Shown here one piece after another: positions 1 to 8,370 of a DNA stretch of 64,000 nt. The DNA comes from an uncultured Gaiellaceae bacterium. GTDB lineage: Bacteria > Actinomycetota > Thermoleophilia > Gaiellales > Gaiellaceae. The notes below the pieces were generated by a model. The model was not told the DNA's origin, did not search any database, and saw nothing but the letters and a program-made list of their open reading frames with translations. The position numbers were made by a program, and so were the translations under genes. The stretch lies in the NCBI GenBank assembly GCA_963697925.1, contig OY969104.1, positions 945,633-1,009,632 on the forward strand. Direction: 5' to 3'. Numbering within the stretch: the stretch's first letter is position 1; every line of letters begins with the position of its first letter.

Positions 1-432
1 GACACGCTCTCCGAGGAGTGCGTCCAGGACGTGTTCGTGGCGCTGTGGCGCCGGGCGGCGGACTTCGATCCGAGCCGCGCGAAGCTCACGACGTGGCTGT
101 TCGTCGTGGCGCGCAACCGGGCGATCGAGCTCGGTCGCCAGAAGTCGCGTCGCCCCGAGCTCCGCGACGACCTCGAGCCGGTCGGGTCGGCTCCCGACCC
201 TGCCGCTCTCGTCGGGGTCGCGGACGAGGCCCAGCGCCTGGCAGAGGCCGTGGCCGAGCTGCCGGAGGATCAGCTCGAGGTCGTGCGGCTCGCCTATTTC
301 GACGGCCTTTCGCACGCGGAGATCGCTGCGGTGATCGGAATCCCGCTGGGCACCGTAAAAGGAAGGATGAGGCTGGCGCTCGATCGACTGCGCGGCCTCG
401 TCGAGGCCTACGACCTGCAGCCAGGGCAGTGA
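1..432 (+). CDS. ECF-type sigma-70 family RNA polymerase sigma factor (5' end outside window)
   Basis: Frame 1 is open from nt 1. The translation has TTWLFVVARNRAIE, and LPEDQLEVVRLAYFDGLSHAEIAAVIGIPLGTVKGRMRLAL is a typical region-4 HTH. The TGA stop at 430-432 overlaps the next ATG by 1 nt. Confidence 0.85.
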   Translation, partial: DTLSEECVQDVFVALWRRAADFDPSRAKLTTWLFVVARNRAIELGRQKSRRPELRDDLEPVGSAPDPAALVGVADEAQRLAEAVAELPEDQLEVVRLAYFDGLSHAEIAAVIGIPLGTVKGRMRLALDRLRGLVEAYDLQPGQ

Positions 433-1025
433 TGGACGACGCCGACATGCTGACACCCGACGATCGCGAGACTCTGGCGAAGCTGGAGCGCTCGCTCCCG
501 CGCGTGAGGCCGGCCGATGACCTCTTCGAGCGCATTCTCGCCGAGGTGCGGCCCGAGGCGACCGTCGTCCCCCTGCACCGAGCCTCACGGCGACGCCAGC
601 TCGCCCCCGCACTCGGCGTCGCCGCTGCCGCGGCCGCGGCAGCCGTCGCGATCGCGGTCGTGGCGACGGGCGGCGACGGGCTCGGCAACCCCGACGCCCG
701 CGCCGCCATCTCGGGCAAGAGCGCTCCCGCGGTGAGAGGAGAGGCGGAGCTGTATGCCGCCGGAAGTGCGGGCGGCACCGTGCTGGTCTCTCTGCAGGAC
801 GTCCCGCCGGCGCCGAGCGGGCACCACTACGAGGTCTGGGTGCTCCGCGAAGGCTCCGAGGAGATGGAGGCTGTCGGGGTGTTCATTCCCGACTCCGAGA
901 GCGTCGAGCTCGAGCTCGAGCTCCCGGGCCCCGGGCCCTACGTCGCGGTCGACATCTCCGTCGAGGAGGACGGCGGGCCGCCGACCCACAGCGATACCAG
1001 CCTCGCCGGCGGCACCTTCAGCTGA
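432..1025 (+). CDS. anti-sigma factor (RskA-like: N-terminal sigma-binding region, one TM, extracytoplasmic C-domain)
   Basis: The ATG at 432 overlaps the sigma-factor stop (TGATG). It has an Ala-rich TM segment (AAAAAAAAVAIAVVATGG). The C-terminal HHYEVWVL...YVAVDISVEEDGG region resembles the anti-sigma-K type domain. Confidence 0.7.
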   Translation: MDDADMLTPDDRETLAKLERSLPRVRPADDLFERILAEVRPEATVVPLHRASRRRQLAPALGVAAAAAAAAVAIAVVATGGDGLGNPDARAAISGKSAPAVRGEAELYAAGSAGGTVLVSLQDVPPAPSGHHYEVWVLREGSEEMEAVGVFIPDSESVELELELPGPGPYVAVDISVEEDGGPPTHSDTSLAGGTFS

Positions 1026-1038
1026 GCCGATCCGCCGC

Positions 1039-1437
1039 TCAGCTGCCGGGACGCGCGTAGCGGGCTCTCCCGACCGCGACCAGGAGGTCGGGCTCGTCCC
1101 ACGGCGTGATCTCCACATCTGCGGTTGCGAGCGTCCGGCCGGCGCGCAGGCAGCGAGCGAGCACGCGGTGTGGAGCGGGCTCGGCGAGCCGGAGGAAGTC
1201 GCAACGGAGGTCGACCGCGATCCATGCTCCCGGGCTTTCGTGCGCGACCGCGTACCACCCTGCCGTGTCGACACACGTGGCCAGCGTGCCTCCGTGCAGG
1301 AAGGGGCGCGGCTCGTCGCCGCCCAGCGCGAGTGACGTGGGGTCGAGCCTCAGCACGACAGCGTCCGCGCGGAGCTCGACGGCGACGAGGCCGATGGCAG
1401 CGTCGAGCGGTGCCGGCGGATCGGTCAGCAGGTCCAT
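1039..1437 (-). CDS. PaaI-family hotdog-fold thioesterase
   Basis: 132-aa ORF. The FLHGGTLATCVDTAG motif and overall length are typical of PaaI/YbgC-like thioesterases. Confidence 0.7.
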   Translation of the reverse strand: MDLLTDPPAPLDAAIGLVAVELRADAVVLRLDPTSLALGGDEPRPFLHGGTLATCVDTAGWYAVAHESPGAWIAVDLRCDFLRLAEPAPHRVLARCLRAGRTLATADVEITPWDEPDLLVAVGRARYARPGS

Positions 1438-1762
1438 GAGCCCGCGATCCTACAGGGGACGCTTTCGGTGCCGGCCTAAGGGACTCGCCGCCAGACGCCG
1501 ATAGAGGGGTGGGGGCAGGTCCTGATCGGGGGCTGCCCCCTTCCCCTTCTCGAGGGCGTCGTTACTCGAGTTAAGTGCGCGGGACAGGTGACCCTGCCAA
1601 ATCGGGGGAACGGCAAGATCGGCGTGGGCCCCCGGGGGGAGAACTCGAGGCCGCCGCAGCTGTCCCGCGCGCCACGTATCTTACGCATCCTCGCGCCTGA
1701 CAGCACAATGTTTCGTGCGTTCGCCGCCCGCGCACCGTCTCACGCAGCCGCGGCTGGGGTCG

Positions 1763-1966
1763 TCAGCGAAGGTCGAGCTCGATGCCGCGCTGCCGGAGCT
1801 GGGCGATCGTGTTCTGCCGCCAGCGGTTGGTCGACGGGGAGAACGGCACGAACGCGACCGTGCCGCCGTCGGGCTTCGAGACACGGTAGTGGCCGCCGCC
1901 CGAGCGCTCGACGATCAGGCCCGCGCGCTCGAGCTCCCGGCAGAACGCCTTGACGTCCTTGTTCAC
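1763..1966 (-). CDS. HicA-like small protein (dsRBD-like fold; second catalytic His apparently absent)
   Basis: 67 aa. The pattern ...AGLIVERSGGGHYRVSKPDGGTVAFVPFSPS...TIAQLRQRGI follows the HicA/YcfA layout (GSH...vP.H...il.q.G), but has VPFSPS where HicA has vP-H. Confidence 0.4.
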   Translation of the reverse strand: MNKDVKAFCRELERAGLIVERSGGGHYRVSKPDGGTVAFVPFSPSTNRWRQNTIAQLRQRGIELDLR

Positions 1967-2062
1967 GCGACCCAGGATACGGGGCCGCTGACCGCGAGAG
2001 CGTAACCGGGGCCGGCGAGCACGGCCGTCACAATCGTACCCGCCTGCCCCGCCTACCCGATC

Positions 2063-2290
2063 CTACGGTTTACCGAGGTCAAATCCAAGCAGGTCGGCGT
2101 ACACGGTCCCGGCCACGCGGATGTCGCCGGTCGCCTCGATGCTGGCGGGCACGGCGCGCGTGACGAAGCACGGGCGCTGCGAGACCGGTGGCCGGATCGC
2201 GGTGCCGACAGCCGGCAGCCGGTCGAGCTCGATCCGCTCGAGCGGCAGCGCCGTGCCGTCGGCCGCCTGGATGACCAGATAGAACCGCAT
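2063..2290 (-). CDS. hypothetical protein (75 aa)
   Basis: The internal ATG (MRFYLVIQAADG...) lies 1 nt downstream of the USP stop, which favours this start over the longer ORF-track start. No recognisable motif. Confidence 0.4.
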   Translation of the reverse strand: MRFYLVIQAADGTALPLERIELDRLPAVGTAIRPPVSQRPCFVTRAVPASIEATGDIRVAGTVYADLLGFDLGKP

Positions 2291-2291
2291 G

Positions 2292-2768
2292 TCAGCTCGG
2301 CACGACCACGACCGGGCAGTCCGCACCCTCGATCACACGATGAGAGACGGAGCCGAGCAGCACCGACGCGAGCCGGCCGTGCCCGTGGGAGCCGACGACG
2401 ACGAGGGTCGCATCGCTCGCCTCGCCGAGAATCACCTCGGCGGCGGCTCCCGCCACCAGGCGCCTCTCGACCGGCAGGCCGGACGGAAGCCCGGCAAGCG
2501 CATCCTCGAGCACCCGACGCGCAGCCTCTTCCTCTCGTTGCAGGTCGTCGGCGACGAAGGTGGACGGGAGCTCGATCATGTCGTACGAGGGCTGGATCGG
2601 CGCCACCGGCACATACGACCACGCGTGCACTGCCACCAGGGTCGCCTGGCGGAGCGCCGCCTCCTCGACCGCGAACCGCAACGCGGCTGCTCCATGCTCC
2701 GACCCGTCGACCCCGACGACGATCCGCTGCGTCACGAGAGCAAGCCTAACACCGGCCTTCCCCGCCAC
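2292..2768 (-). CDS. universal stress protein (UspA family)
   Basis: IVVGVDGSEHGAAALRFAVEEA...LVAVHAW...VVGSHGHGRLASVLLGSVSHRVIEGADCPVVVVP is a canonical Usp domain, including the ATP-binding G-2x-G-9x-G(S/T) motif. Confidence 0.9.
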   Translation of the reverse strand: MAGKAGVRLALVTQRIVVGVDGSEHGAAALRFAVEEAALRQATLVAVHAWSYVPVAPIQPSYDMIELPSTFVADDLQREEEAARRVLEDALAGLPSGLPVERRLVAGAAAEVILGEASDATLVVVGSHGHGRLASVLLGSVSHRVIEGADCPVVVVPS

Positions 2769-2851
2769 TCGCCGTTTCAGCGCTCCTCGATCCGGGTAGC
2801 TCCTAGCTGCCCCGGCACCCGGGCGGCGGCTCCCCGAACAAGGAGGTCGAG

Positions 2852-2917
2852 ATGTACATCGGCGGTGGACTGCTCACGCTCATCATCGTGATCCTGCTGC
2901 TCGTCTGGCTCTTCTGA
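2852..2917 (+). CDS. candidate 21-aa hydrophobic micropeptide (MYIGGGLLTLIIVILLLVWLF)
   Basis: A perfect AGGAGG at 2841-2846 sits 5 nt upstream of ATG 2852. The ORF encodes a single TM-length hydrophobic helix and ends at TGA 2915-2917. It is too short for the ORF track. Confidence 0.35.
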   Translation: MYIGGGLLTLIIVILLLVWLF

Positions 2918-2966
2918 GACTCTTCTCGAACGTCTCGTGCGCCGGCTGAGCGCGTCGGCATTGCTC

Positions 2967-2998
2967 ACGGGTCGACATCGCTCAACGGGTCGACATCG
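2967..2998 (+). repeat. two direct copies of ACGGGTCGACATCG, 18-nt period, each containing the palindrome GTCGAC
   Basis: Read directly: 2967-2980 and 2985-2998 are identical 14-mers, in the spacer between the micropeptide ORF and the secreted-protein gene. Confidence 0.6.
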
Positions 2999-3150
2999 GC
3001 GGCGTGCGGCGACAGGCCCGTGCGCGAGTGAGGGCGAGGATGTTGGCAATTGCACGGGTGCGATTTCCGATTCCGTTAAGCACCCCGTAAGGGTGGCGAA
3101 AGAAGTGGCCTCTAGCGTCCATGGCGACCACGTCGACGGAATGGAGCACG

Positions 3151-3555
3151 ATGAAGAAGCTACTGCTCGTCCTCGTCAGCGCCGGAGCGCTGGCGGTTGC
3201 AGCGGTGCCCGCACTGGCCGGCACGATTCACCACTTCCCGCAACAGGCAACAGAGGGGTTCTATCGCGGGCAGACGATCGAGTACCTCGACTTCGGGCCG
3301 ATCAAGCTGAAGGCCGGCAACAAGGTTGCCCCGATCTGGGCAGTCACGAACGGCGTCGAGGGCCAGTACAACATCGTCGACGTCGTGCCCGGCCAGAAGG
3401 CCTACACGCCTCTCTGGGGCGTTCAGCTCGTGACCTGGAAGAGCAGCGCGACGCCGCGCCTGCTGACCTCCGCAGCCGCAGTCCGCAAGGCCGTCGCGGC
3501 GGGACAGGCGACGCTGAAGAAGCCCGGGATCGTCGTCAACTGCCCCGTCATCTGA
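3151..3555 (+). CDS. secreted conserved hypothetical protein
   Basis: The [24 protein letters not shown] signal peptide follows a GGAG SD-like motif. The mature part (YLDFGPIKL...[23 protein letters not shown]...IVVNCPVI) matches a recurrent actinobacterial secreted-protein pattern. I prefer the start at the internal Met of ORF 3121. Confidence 0.6.
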   Translation: MKKLLLVLVSAGALAVAAVPALAGTIHHFPQQATEGFYRGQTIEYLDFGPIKLKAGNKVAPIWAVTNGVEGQYNIVDVVPGQKAYTPLWGVQLVTWKSSATPRLLTSAAAVRKAVAAGQATLKKPGIVVNCPVI

Positions 3556-3643
3556 CCCGGCGGTCAACGCGCCCCGGCCACCCGACGGGCGGCAGAGCCG
3601 CTCGGTGGGCCGGCGAGGGTGACACGAGCAGCACCTAGGAACA

Positions 3644-3669
3644 GAGAGCCCCGCGTCCGCGGGGCTCTC
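3644..3669. terminator. GC-rich hairpin (12-bp arms GAGAGCCCCGCG/CGCGGGGCTCTC)
   Basis: Perfect inverted repeat read directly. It lies downstream of the 3151-3555 CDS and directly next to the orphan tRNA-Pro 3' fragment, so it is probably the ancestral tRNA terminator. There is no U-tract. Confidence 0.5.
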
Positions 3670-3673
3670 CTCC

Positions 3674-3711
3674 ATCGGGGCGCCGAGATTCGAACTCGGG
3701 ACCTCTAGTCC
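3674..3711 (-). repeat. orphan 38-nt copy of the tRNA-Pro 3' half (att-like direct repeat, distal copy)
   Basis: ATCGGGGCGCCGAGATTCGAACTCGGGACCTCTAGTCC is identical to 11980-12017. No tRNA 5' half follows it. Confidence 0.9.
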
Positions 3712-3868
3712 GATTCCGGAGCCGCGGCGAACTGCGACGAGCGGCGTATCCCTGACGAGACGACGGGTGGTCTGCGGCAAACCTCCGGGACGCGCGGAGT
3801 TATGCCGATGCGCGCTCGGCGGCCCTGGGCGAAGGTCGATCTGCCCGCTTCGAACCAAGGAGGCAGAG

Positions 3869-4332
3869 GTGTCAGCGTTTGAGAGCAGTCCCTTTGCTGG
3901 TTCGTCTTCAGCCGTGCGCGCGGGGACGCGGGGTCAGCGCGGCTGGGTTGCGCGTCGTCCGGTTGGCGCGTTCTCCGTCGGCGCGTATGCATTCGTCTCG
4001 GCGGGCACGCACGGCCTGAACCAGGTGCCGTTCGCGCTTGTCGTTCTCGTGCTGTTCGTCGGGATTGTCGGCTGTTGACGTTCCTTTACAACAAGACCCA
4101 GAGCGGGTTCCTGTGCGTGTTGCTCCATGGCGCCTACAACGCCTCGGTCGGGCTCCTCATCCTGGTTCCGGAGGCCAGGCTCGAAGGGAAGACCTACGCG
4201 ACGATGACACTTGCGATCACCGGCGCCGTGCTTGTGGTGACGGCAGTCTTGCTGCTCGTAACGCGTGGTCGGCTGGGTCTGGACGCTGGTATGGGCGTCG
4301 CGCCGCCAGCGGCTCAACGGATGCCGCGATGA
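3869..4332 (+). pseudogene. CPBP (CAAX-protease-like) intramembrane protease remnant, frameshifted near 4070-4078
   Basis: AAGGAGG plus GTG 3869 opens a frame giving ...AYAFVSAGTHGL...FVGIVGC* (the FxxxH motif). The +2 frame continues TFLYNKTQSGFLCVLLHGAYNAS (the HxxxN motif) to a TGA at 4330-4332 that overlaps the next gene's ATG. The N-terminal EExxxR region is missing or degenerate. Confidence 0.5.
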
Positions 4333-5990
4333 CCGCGACGTGTTGTAGTCGAGGATTCCGCTTTCTTGTGGGTTCCGCAGTCGCTCTTCTTGCGACGGTG
4401 GCGTCGGGCGCGTTGCCTTGCGTACCCGCTGCTGAGGCGGCAGCCGGAGTCACTCCACAGACGGCTGCGCGTGTCGACCGGTTCGTCGAGCAGGAGATGG
4501 GCGCACGTCGGGTTCCTGGTTTCGCGCTAGCCATCGTGCGCGGGGACGAGGTCGTGCATCAGCGCGGTTTCGGCTCGGCCGGCGCTGGGAGGCCCGTTAC
4601 TCCACGCACGCCGTTCGTGCTCGGGTCGACGACGAAGTCGTTTACGGCTCTCGCGGTGATGCAGCTCGTCGATGCCGGCAAAGTCTCGCTCGACGCGCCG
4701 ATCTCACGGTACGTGCCGGAGCTTCAGTTGGCCGGGTCCGCCGAGCGGCAGATCACGGTGCGGCAGCTGCTCAACCAGACGAGTGGCGTTCCGGGCTCGG
4801 CAGGCGGGCGATTGTTGAGGTCGGTGGGCGACGGGACGATGCTGGACGTCGTTCGCTCGCTCGAGGGTACGAAGCTGTGGGCGGCACCGGGGAGACGGTT
4901 CCAGTATTCGAACGCGAACTACGTGCTGCTCGGCCTGGTAGTCGAGCGCGCTTCGGGCGCGAGCTATGGCGCCTACGTCGATCGACACATCTTCGGCCCG
5001 CTGGGCATGCGTGACAGCTTCGTCTCGCGGGAGGCTGCCAAGCTGTCCGGGCTGGCAGTGGGGCACCGTTACTGGTTCGGGTTCGGGTTCGCGCACGGGC
5101 CGACGAGCCCCGACTCGGTTCGGTCCGCCGGGTACCTGATGTCGTCGGCCTCGGACATGGCCCGTTACCTGAGAATGTGGCTGAGCGGAGGCGTCTTCGA
5201 AGGCCGCCGGGTCGTGTCCGAGCAGGGTCTGCGCACGCTTCTCGAGCCGGTCGCGCCGGCGACCCTGGGCAACTGGTCGGGTCACCACCAGTCGCGGTAT
5301 GCGATGGGCTGGTTCGTGGGCGGCCCCTGGCGGGAGCCGGCGATCCTGCACCTGGGTGGCGCTCCTGACTCAAGCTCGATGATCGTGCTGTTGCCCGAGC
5401 GGGACGTGGCGATGGTCGCGCTCGCGAACGCGAACCTGGAGTTGCCGCTGCCCGGTGCGGACGGAGCTACCGACCGGATCGCCAGTGGCGTCGTCAGCCT
5501 TTTGGTCGGCGAGGAGCCGCAGACGGGGTTCTCTCTCGGCTGGTTCTACGTCATCTTCGACGCGGGCCTCGCGCTGGTTGTGGCGGCTATCGCGTTCGCA
5601 TTGACGCGGCTCTTCCGCCGCCGTCGAGCCCCGGTGAGTCGCGGCCGCCGAGCCGTTCTGATCGGCCACGGCACGCTCGAGGCTGCTGTGGGAACACTCC
5701 TACTCGCAGCGCCCTCACTGACCGGGCAGGGATACGCAGGGTCGCTGCTCTGGATGCCCGACCTGTCGGTTGCTTTGCTGACGATCGGCGGACTCCTAGG
5801 ACTCACGGGTCTCGCTCGGATCGCCACTCAGGTGGTCGCCCCGTCGAAGCCACCGCAAACGGCCGCGGGTGGTTCCGGGTCGTCTTCGGCCGCGTTCCCG
5901 CCTGCCGGCGCCCGCCCGCCGCGGCAGGCAGGCGACCGCTTTCCACGTCGGCGCCGAGAACAACCCTCCCCCAACGAAGATCGAATGTGA
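4329..5990 (+). CDS. beta-lactamase-fold serine hydrolase (class C/PBP4*-like) with C-terminal TM helices
   Basis: It has a signal/TM N-terminus, the STTKSF (SxxK) and YSNANY (YxN) motifs, and a hydrophobic C-terminal third. The start was chosen at the ATGA overlap (4329), not the stop-free extension from 4038. Confidence 0.85.
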   Translation: MTATCCSRGFRFLVGSAVALLATVASGALPCVPAAEAAAGVTPQTAARVDRFVEQEMGARRVPGFALAIVRGDEVVHQRGFGSAGAGRPVTPRTPFVLGSTTKSFTALAVMQLVDAGKVSLDAPISRYVPELQLAGSAERQITVRQLLNQTSGVPGSAGGRLLRSVGDGTMLDVVRSLEGTKLWAAPGRRFQYSNANYVLLGLVVERASGASYGAYVDRHIFGPLGMRDSFVSREAAKLSGLAVGHRYWFGFGFAHGPTSPDSVRSAGYLMSSASDMARYLRMWLSGGVFEGRRVVSEQGLRTLLEPVAPATLGNWSGHHQSRYAMGWFVGGPWREPAILHLGGAPDSSSMIVLLPERDVAMVALANANLELPLPGADGATDRIASGVVSLLVGEEPQTGFSLGWFYVIFDAGLALVVAAIAFALTRLFRRRRAPVSRGRRAVLIGHGTLEAAVGTLLLAAPSLTGQGYAGSLLWMPDLSVALLTIGGLLGLTGLARIATQVVAPSKPPQTAAGGSGSSSAAFPPAGARPPRQAGDRFPRRRREQPSPNEDRM

Positions 5991-6004
5991 AGGAGCCAAA
6001 AGAG

Positions 6005-7567
6005 ATGCTCCACCCCCACACAGACCCATCTCACCCGCAACGTGCGACGTCCACCAGGTTCGTGCTCGCTCTGGGACTCGCGTGGAAGAGCGGATCGCTT
6101 CGTCTCGGCGTCGCGATCGCCACGCCGGCGCTTGCTGCCATCGGCTTTGGGCTGACGACCCCACGCGGCCCGCTGACGGCGACCGCAGGAATCACCTCAA
6201 TGCTTACAGGGCTCGCCGTCGGCGGGCTGGCAGGCCTCGCTCTCCGGTCGCGCTGGGCGTTGCTCGTCGCCCCGGTCGTGTTCATCGGCGTATTCGAGCT
6301 CGTCCGGCTCGGGACGGATGGACCGACCGTCGACGGGATCCATCTCAGCACGTATGGGCTGATGGCTCTCGTCGTCGGCCGTGGCATCCACGGCGTCATC
6401 GTGCTTCTGCCGATGCTGCTCGGAGCCACTGTCGGCGCCGCTGCGGCACGCCACCGGACGCGCTCAGCCGCACTTCGGCGAGCTCACGGTTGGATCGTTG
6501 CCAGGCGCTCGGTCACAGCGCTCACCGCGCTCGGGCTCATCGCGCTTGCCGTGCTGATCGTCCGCCCCGCGAGCACCGACGCGATCGTCGGAGGTGATGG
6601 TACGCCGCTCGCTGGCAGCGTTGCCGAACTGACCCGTGTCCCGATCGGCGGCCACGACCTCGCACTCATGCTCCGCGGCGACAGCTTCGACAACCCGGTG
6701 TTGTTGTTCCTGGCCGGCGGGCCGGGCGGCAGCGAGTTGGGTGCGATGCGCAACCATCTCCAGGCCCTGGAGAAGAGCTTCCTGGTCGTCACTTTCGATC
6801 AGCGCGGCTCAGGCAAGTCGTACGCGGCGCTCGACCCGACATCGACTCTGACGCTCGACACCGCCGTCTCGGAGACGATCGAGGTCACGAACTACCTCCG
6901 GACCCGTTTCGGCCAGGATCGGATCTACCTGCTCGGCCAGTCCTGGGGCACCACCCTGGGAGTGCTCGCGGCCCAGAGACACCCGGAGCTATACCGGGCC
7001 TTCATCGGCGCGGGCCAGATGGTCAGCCAACGGGAGACCGACCGAATCATCTACCGGGACACTCTCGCCTGGGCGGAGGCCAACGGCAAGACCGACATCG
7101 TCTCGACGCTGACGCGGATCGGTGAGCCGCCGTACAGAAGCATCCTCGACTACGAGCCGGCCCTCTCCTACGAGCACGAGGTCTATCCCTACGACCGCAC
7201 CGGCAACAGCGAGGGCGAAGGTGGCTTCTCCGAGAACCTGTTCGCCGAGGAATACACGCTGCTCGAACAGATCCACAACCTCGGCGCCTTCCTCGACTCC
7301 TTCACCGTCCTCTACCCACAGCTACAGCAGATCGACTTCCGCCGCCAGGTCACCAAGCTCGATATTCCCGTCTACCTCGTCCAGGGAAGGTACGAGGCCC
7401 GTGGCCGCGCAGAGCTCGCTACCGAATGGTTCGCAAACCTTCAGGCGCCGAGCAAGAAGTTGATCGTGGTCGACCACACCGGCCACCGGCCACTGTTCGA
7501 GCGGCCGGCCGAGTTCGTTGCGTTCATGACCGACACCGTTCTCGCCGAGACGGGAGCGGGTCGCTGA
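6005..7567 (+). CDS. membrane-anchored alpha/beta hydrolase (S33 prolyl aminopeptidase-like)
   Basis: It has about 5 N-terminal TM helices, LLFLAGGPGGS, FDQRGSGKS, and the GQSWG nucleophile elbow. AAGGAG at 5990-5995 precedes ATG 6005. Confidence 0.85.
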   Translation: MLHPHTDPSHPQRATSTRFVLALGLAWKSGSLRLGVAIATPALAAIGFGLTTPRGPLTATAGITSMLTGLAVGGLAGLALRSRWALLVAPVVFIGVFELVRLGTDGPTVDGIHLSTYGLMALVVGRGIHGVIVLLPMLLGATVGAAAARHRTRSAALRRAHGWIVARRSVTALTALGLIALAVLIVRPASTDAIVGGDGTPLAGSVAELTRVPIGGHDLALMLRGDSFDNPVLLFLAGGPGGSELGAMRNHLQALEKSFLVVTFDQRGSGKSYAALDPTSTLTLDTAVSETIEVTNYLRTRFGQDRIYLLGQSWGTTLGVLAAQRHPELYRAFIGAGQMVSQRETDRIIYRDTLAWAEANGKTDIVSTLTRIGEPPYRSILDYEPALSYEHEVYPYDRTGNSEGEGGFSENLFAEEYTLLEQIHNLGAFLDSFTVLYPQLQQIDFRRQVTKLDIPVYLVQGRYEARGRAELATEWFANLQAPSKKLIVVDHTGHRPLFERPAEFVAFMTDTVLAETGAGR

Positions 7568-7613
7568 GGAGGCGTCGCATGAGCCTCGCCCAGAAACAGA
7601 AGGGAGTACAGGC

Positions 7614-8360
7614 ATGAGTACCGCACAGACCGGGCCCCCTTACCCGGTGCGATTCGAGGGGGAGCTCGACCCGAATGTGAGCCGCTGGCTATGGCTTGTG
7701 AAGTGGCTGCTGATCATCCCGCATGCGATCGTCCTCGCGTTCCTCTGGCTCGCCGTCGTCGTGCTCACTGTCGTCGCGTTCTTCGCGATCCTCTTCACCG
7801 GCCGCTATCCACGCGGGATCTTCGACTTCAACGTCGGCGTGCTTCGCTGGACCTGGCGGGTCGGTTTCTACTCCTACTCCGCCCTCGGTACCGACCGCTA
7901 CCCACCGTTTACGCTCGGCCCCGCCGGCGACTACCCCACAACCTTCGAGATCGAGTACCCGGAGCACCTCAATCGCTGGCTGCCGCTGGTGAAATGGCTG
8001 CTCGGGATCCCGCACTACATCATCGTTGGCATCTTCATCGGCGGCGCCGGCTGGGGCGTCGGCCGCGCCGGAGACGGCGCAGACTGGATGGGCGGATGGA
8101 GCCTGGTCGGCATCCTCGTCCTCATCGCGGCCGTCGTACTGCTCTTCACAGACCGCTACCCGAAGAGCATCTTCGACTTCGTCCTCGGGATGAACCGCTG
8201 GGCAGCCCGCGTCGCCCCCTACGCGCTCCTGATGCGCGACGAATACCCGCCCTTCCGACTCGACAACGGAGCGCACGAACCAGGGCATCGGGCACCAAAG
8301 GAGCGGCAGACACCCGCCTCGCCCGACCCCGAGCCCAACCAGACCGAAACCGGACGCTGA
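7614..8360 (+). CDS. DUF4389-type membrane protein (two tandem domains)
   Basis: The signature RYPRGIFDFNVGVLRWTWRVGFYSY...DRYPPF occurs twice (the second copy is RYPKSIFDFVLGMNRWAARVAPYAL...DEYPPF). An SD precedes the ATG. Confidence 0.75.
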   Translation: MSTAQTGPPYPVRFEGELDPNVSRWLWLVKWLLIIPHAIVLAFLWLAVVVLTVVAFFAILFTGRYPRGIFDFNVGVLRWTWRVGFYSYSALGTDRYPPFTLGPAGDYPTTFEIEYPEHLNRWLPLVKWLLGIPHYIIVGIFIGGAGWGVGRAGDGADWMGGWSLVGILVLIAAVVLLFTDRYPKSIFDFVLGMNRWAARVAPYALLMRDEYPPFRLDNGAHEPGHRAPKERQTPASPDPEPNQTETGR

Positions 8361-8370
8361 GGAGGCATCG

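Noticed and set aside
1511-1540. On the minus strand, GAUCAGGACCUGCC resembles the cobalamin-riboswitch B12 box (AGUCAGGAGACCUGCC), and a nearby CCCGCGCACUUAA resembles CCCGCAACUGUAA.
   Set aside because: I could not find the GGGAA..GGUG..GAA core or the GCCACUG element. The downstream gene, a thioesterase, is not a typical B12-regulated function. This needs a covariance-model scan before any claim.
4038-4328. A 97-aa N-terminal extension of the serine-hydrolase ORF (track start 4038).
   Set aside because: The extension is Arg/Asp-rich and overlaps the CPBP-remnant frame. The ATG at 4329 is followed by a signal/TM segment and forms an ATGA overlap with the upstream stop.
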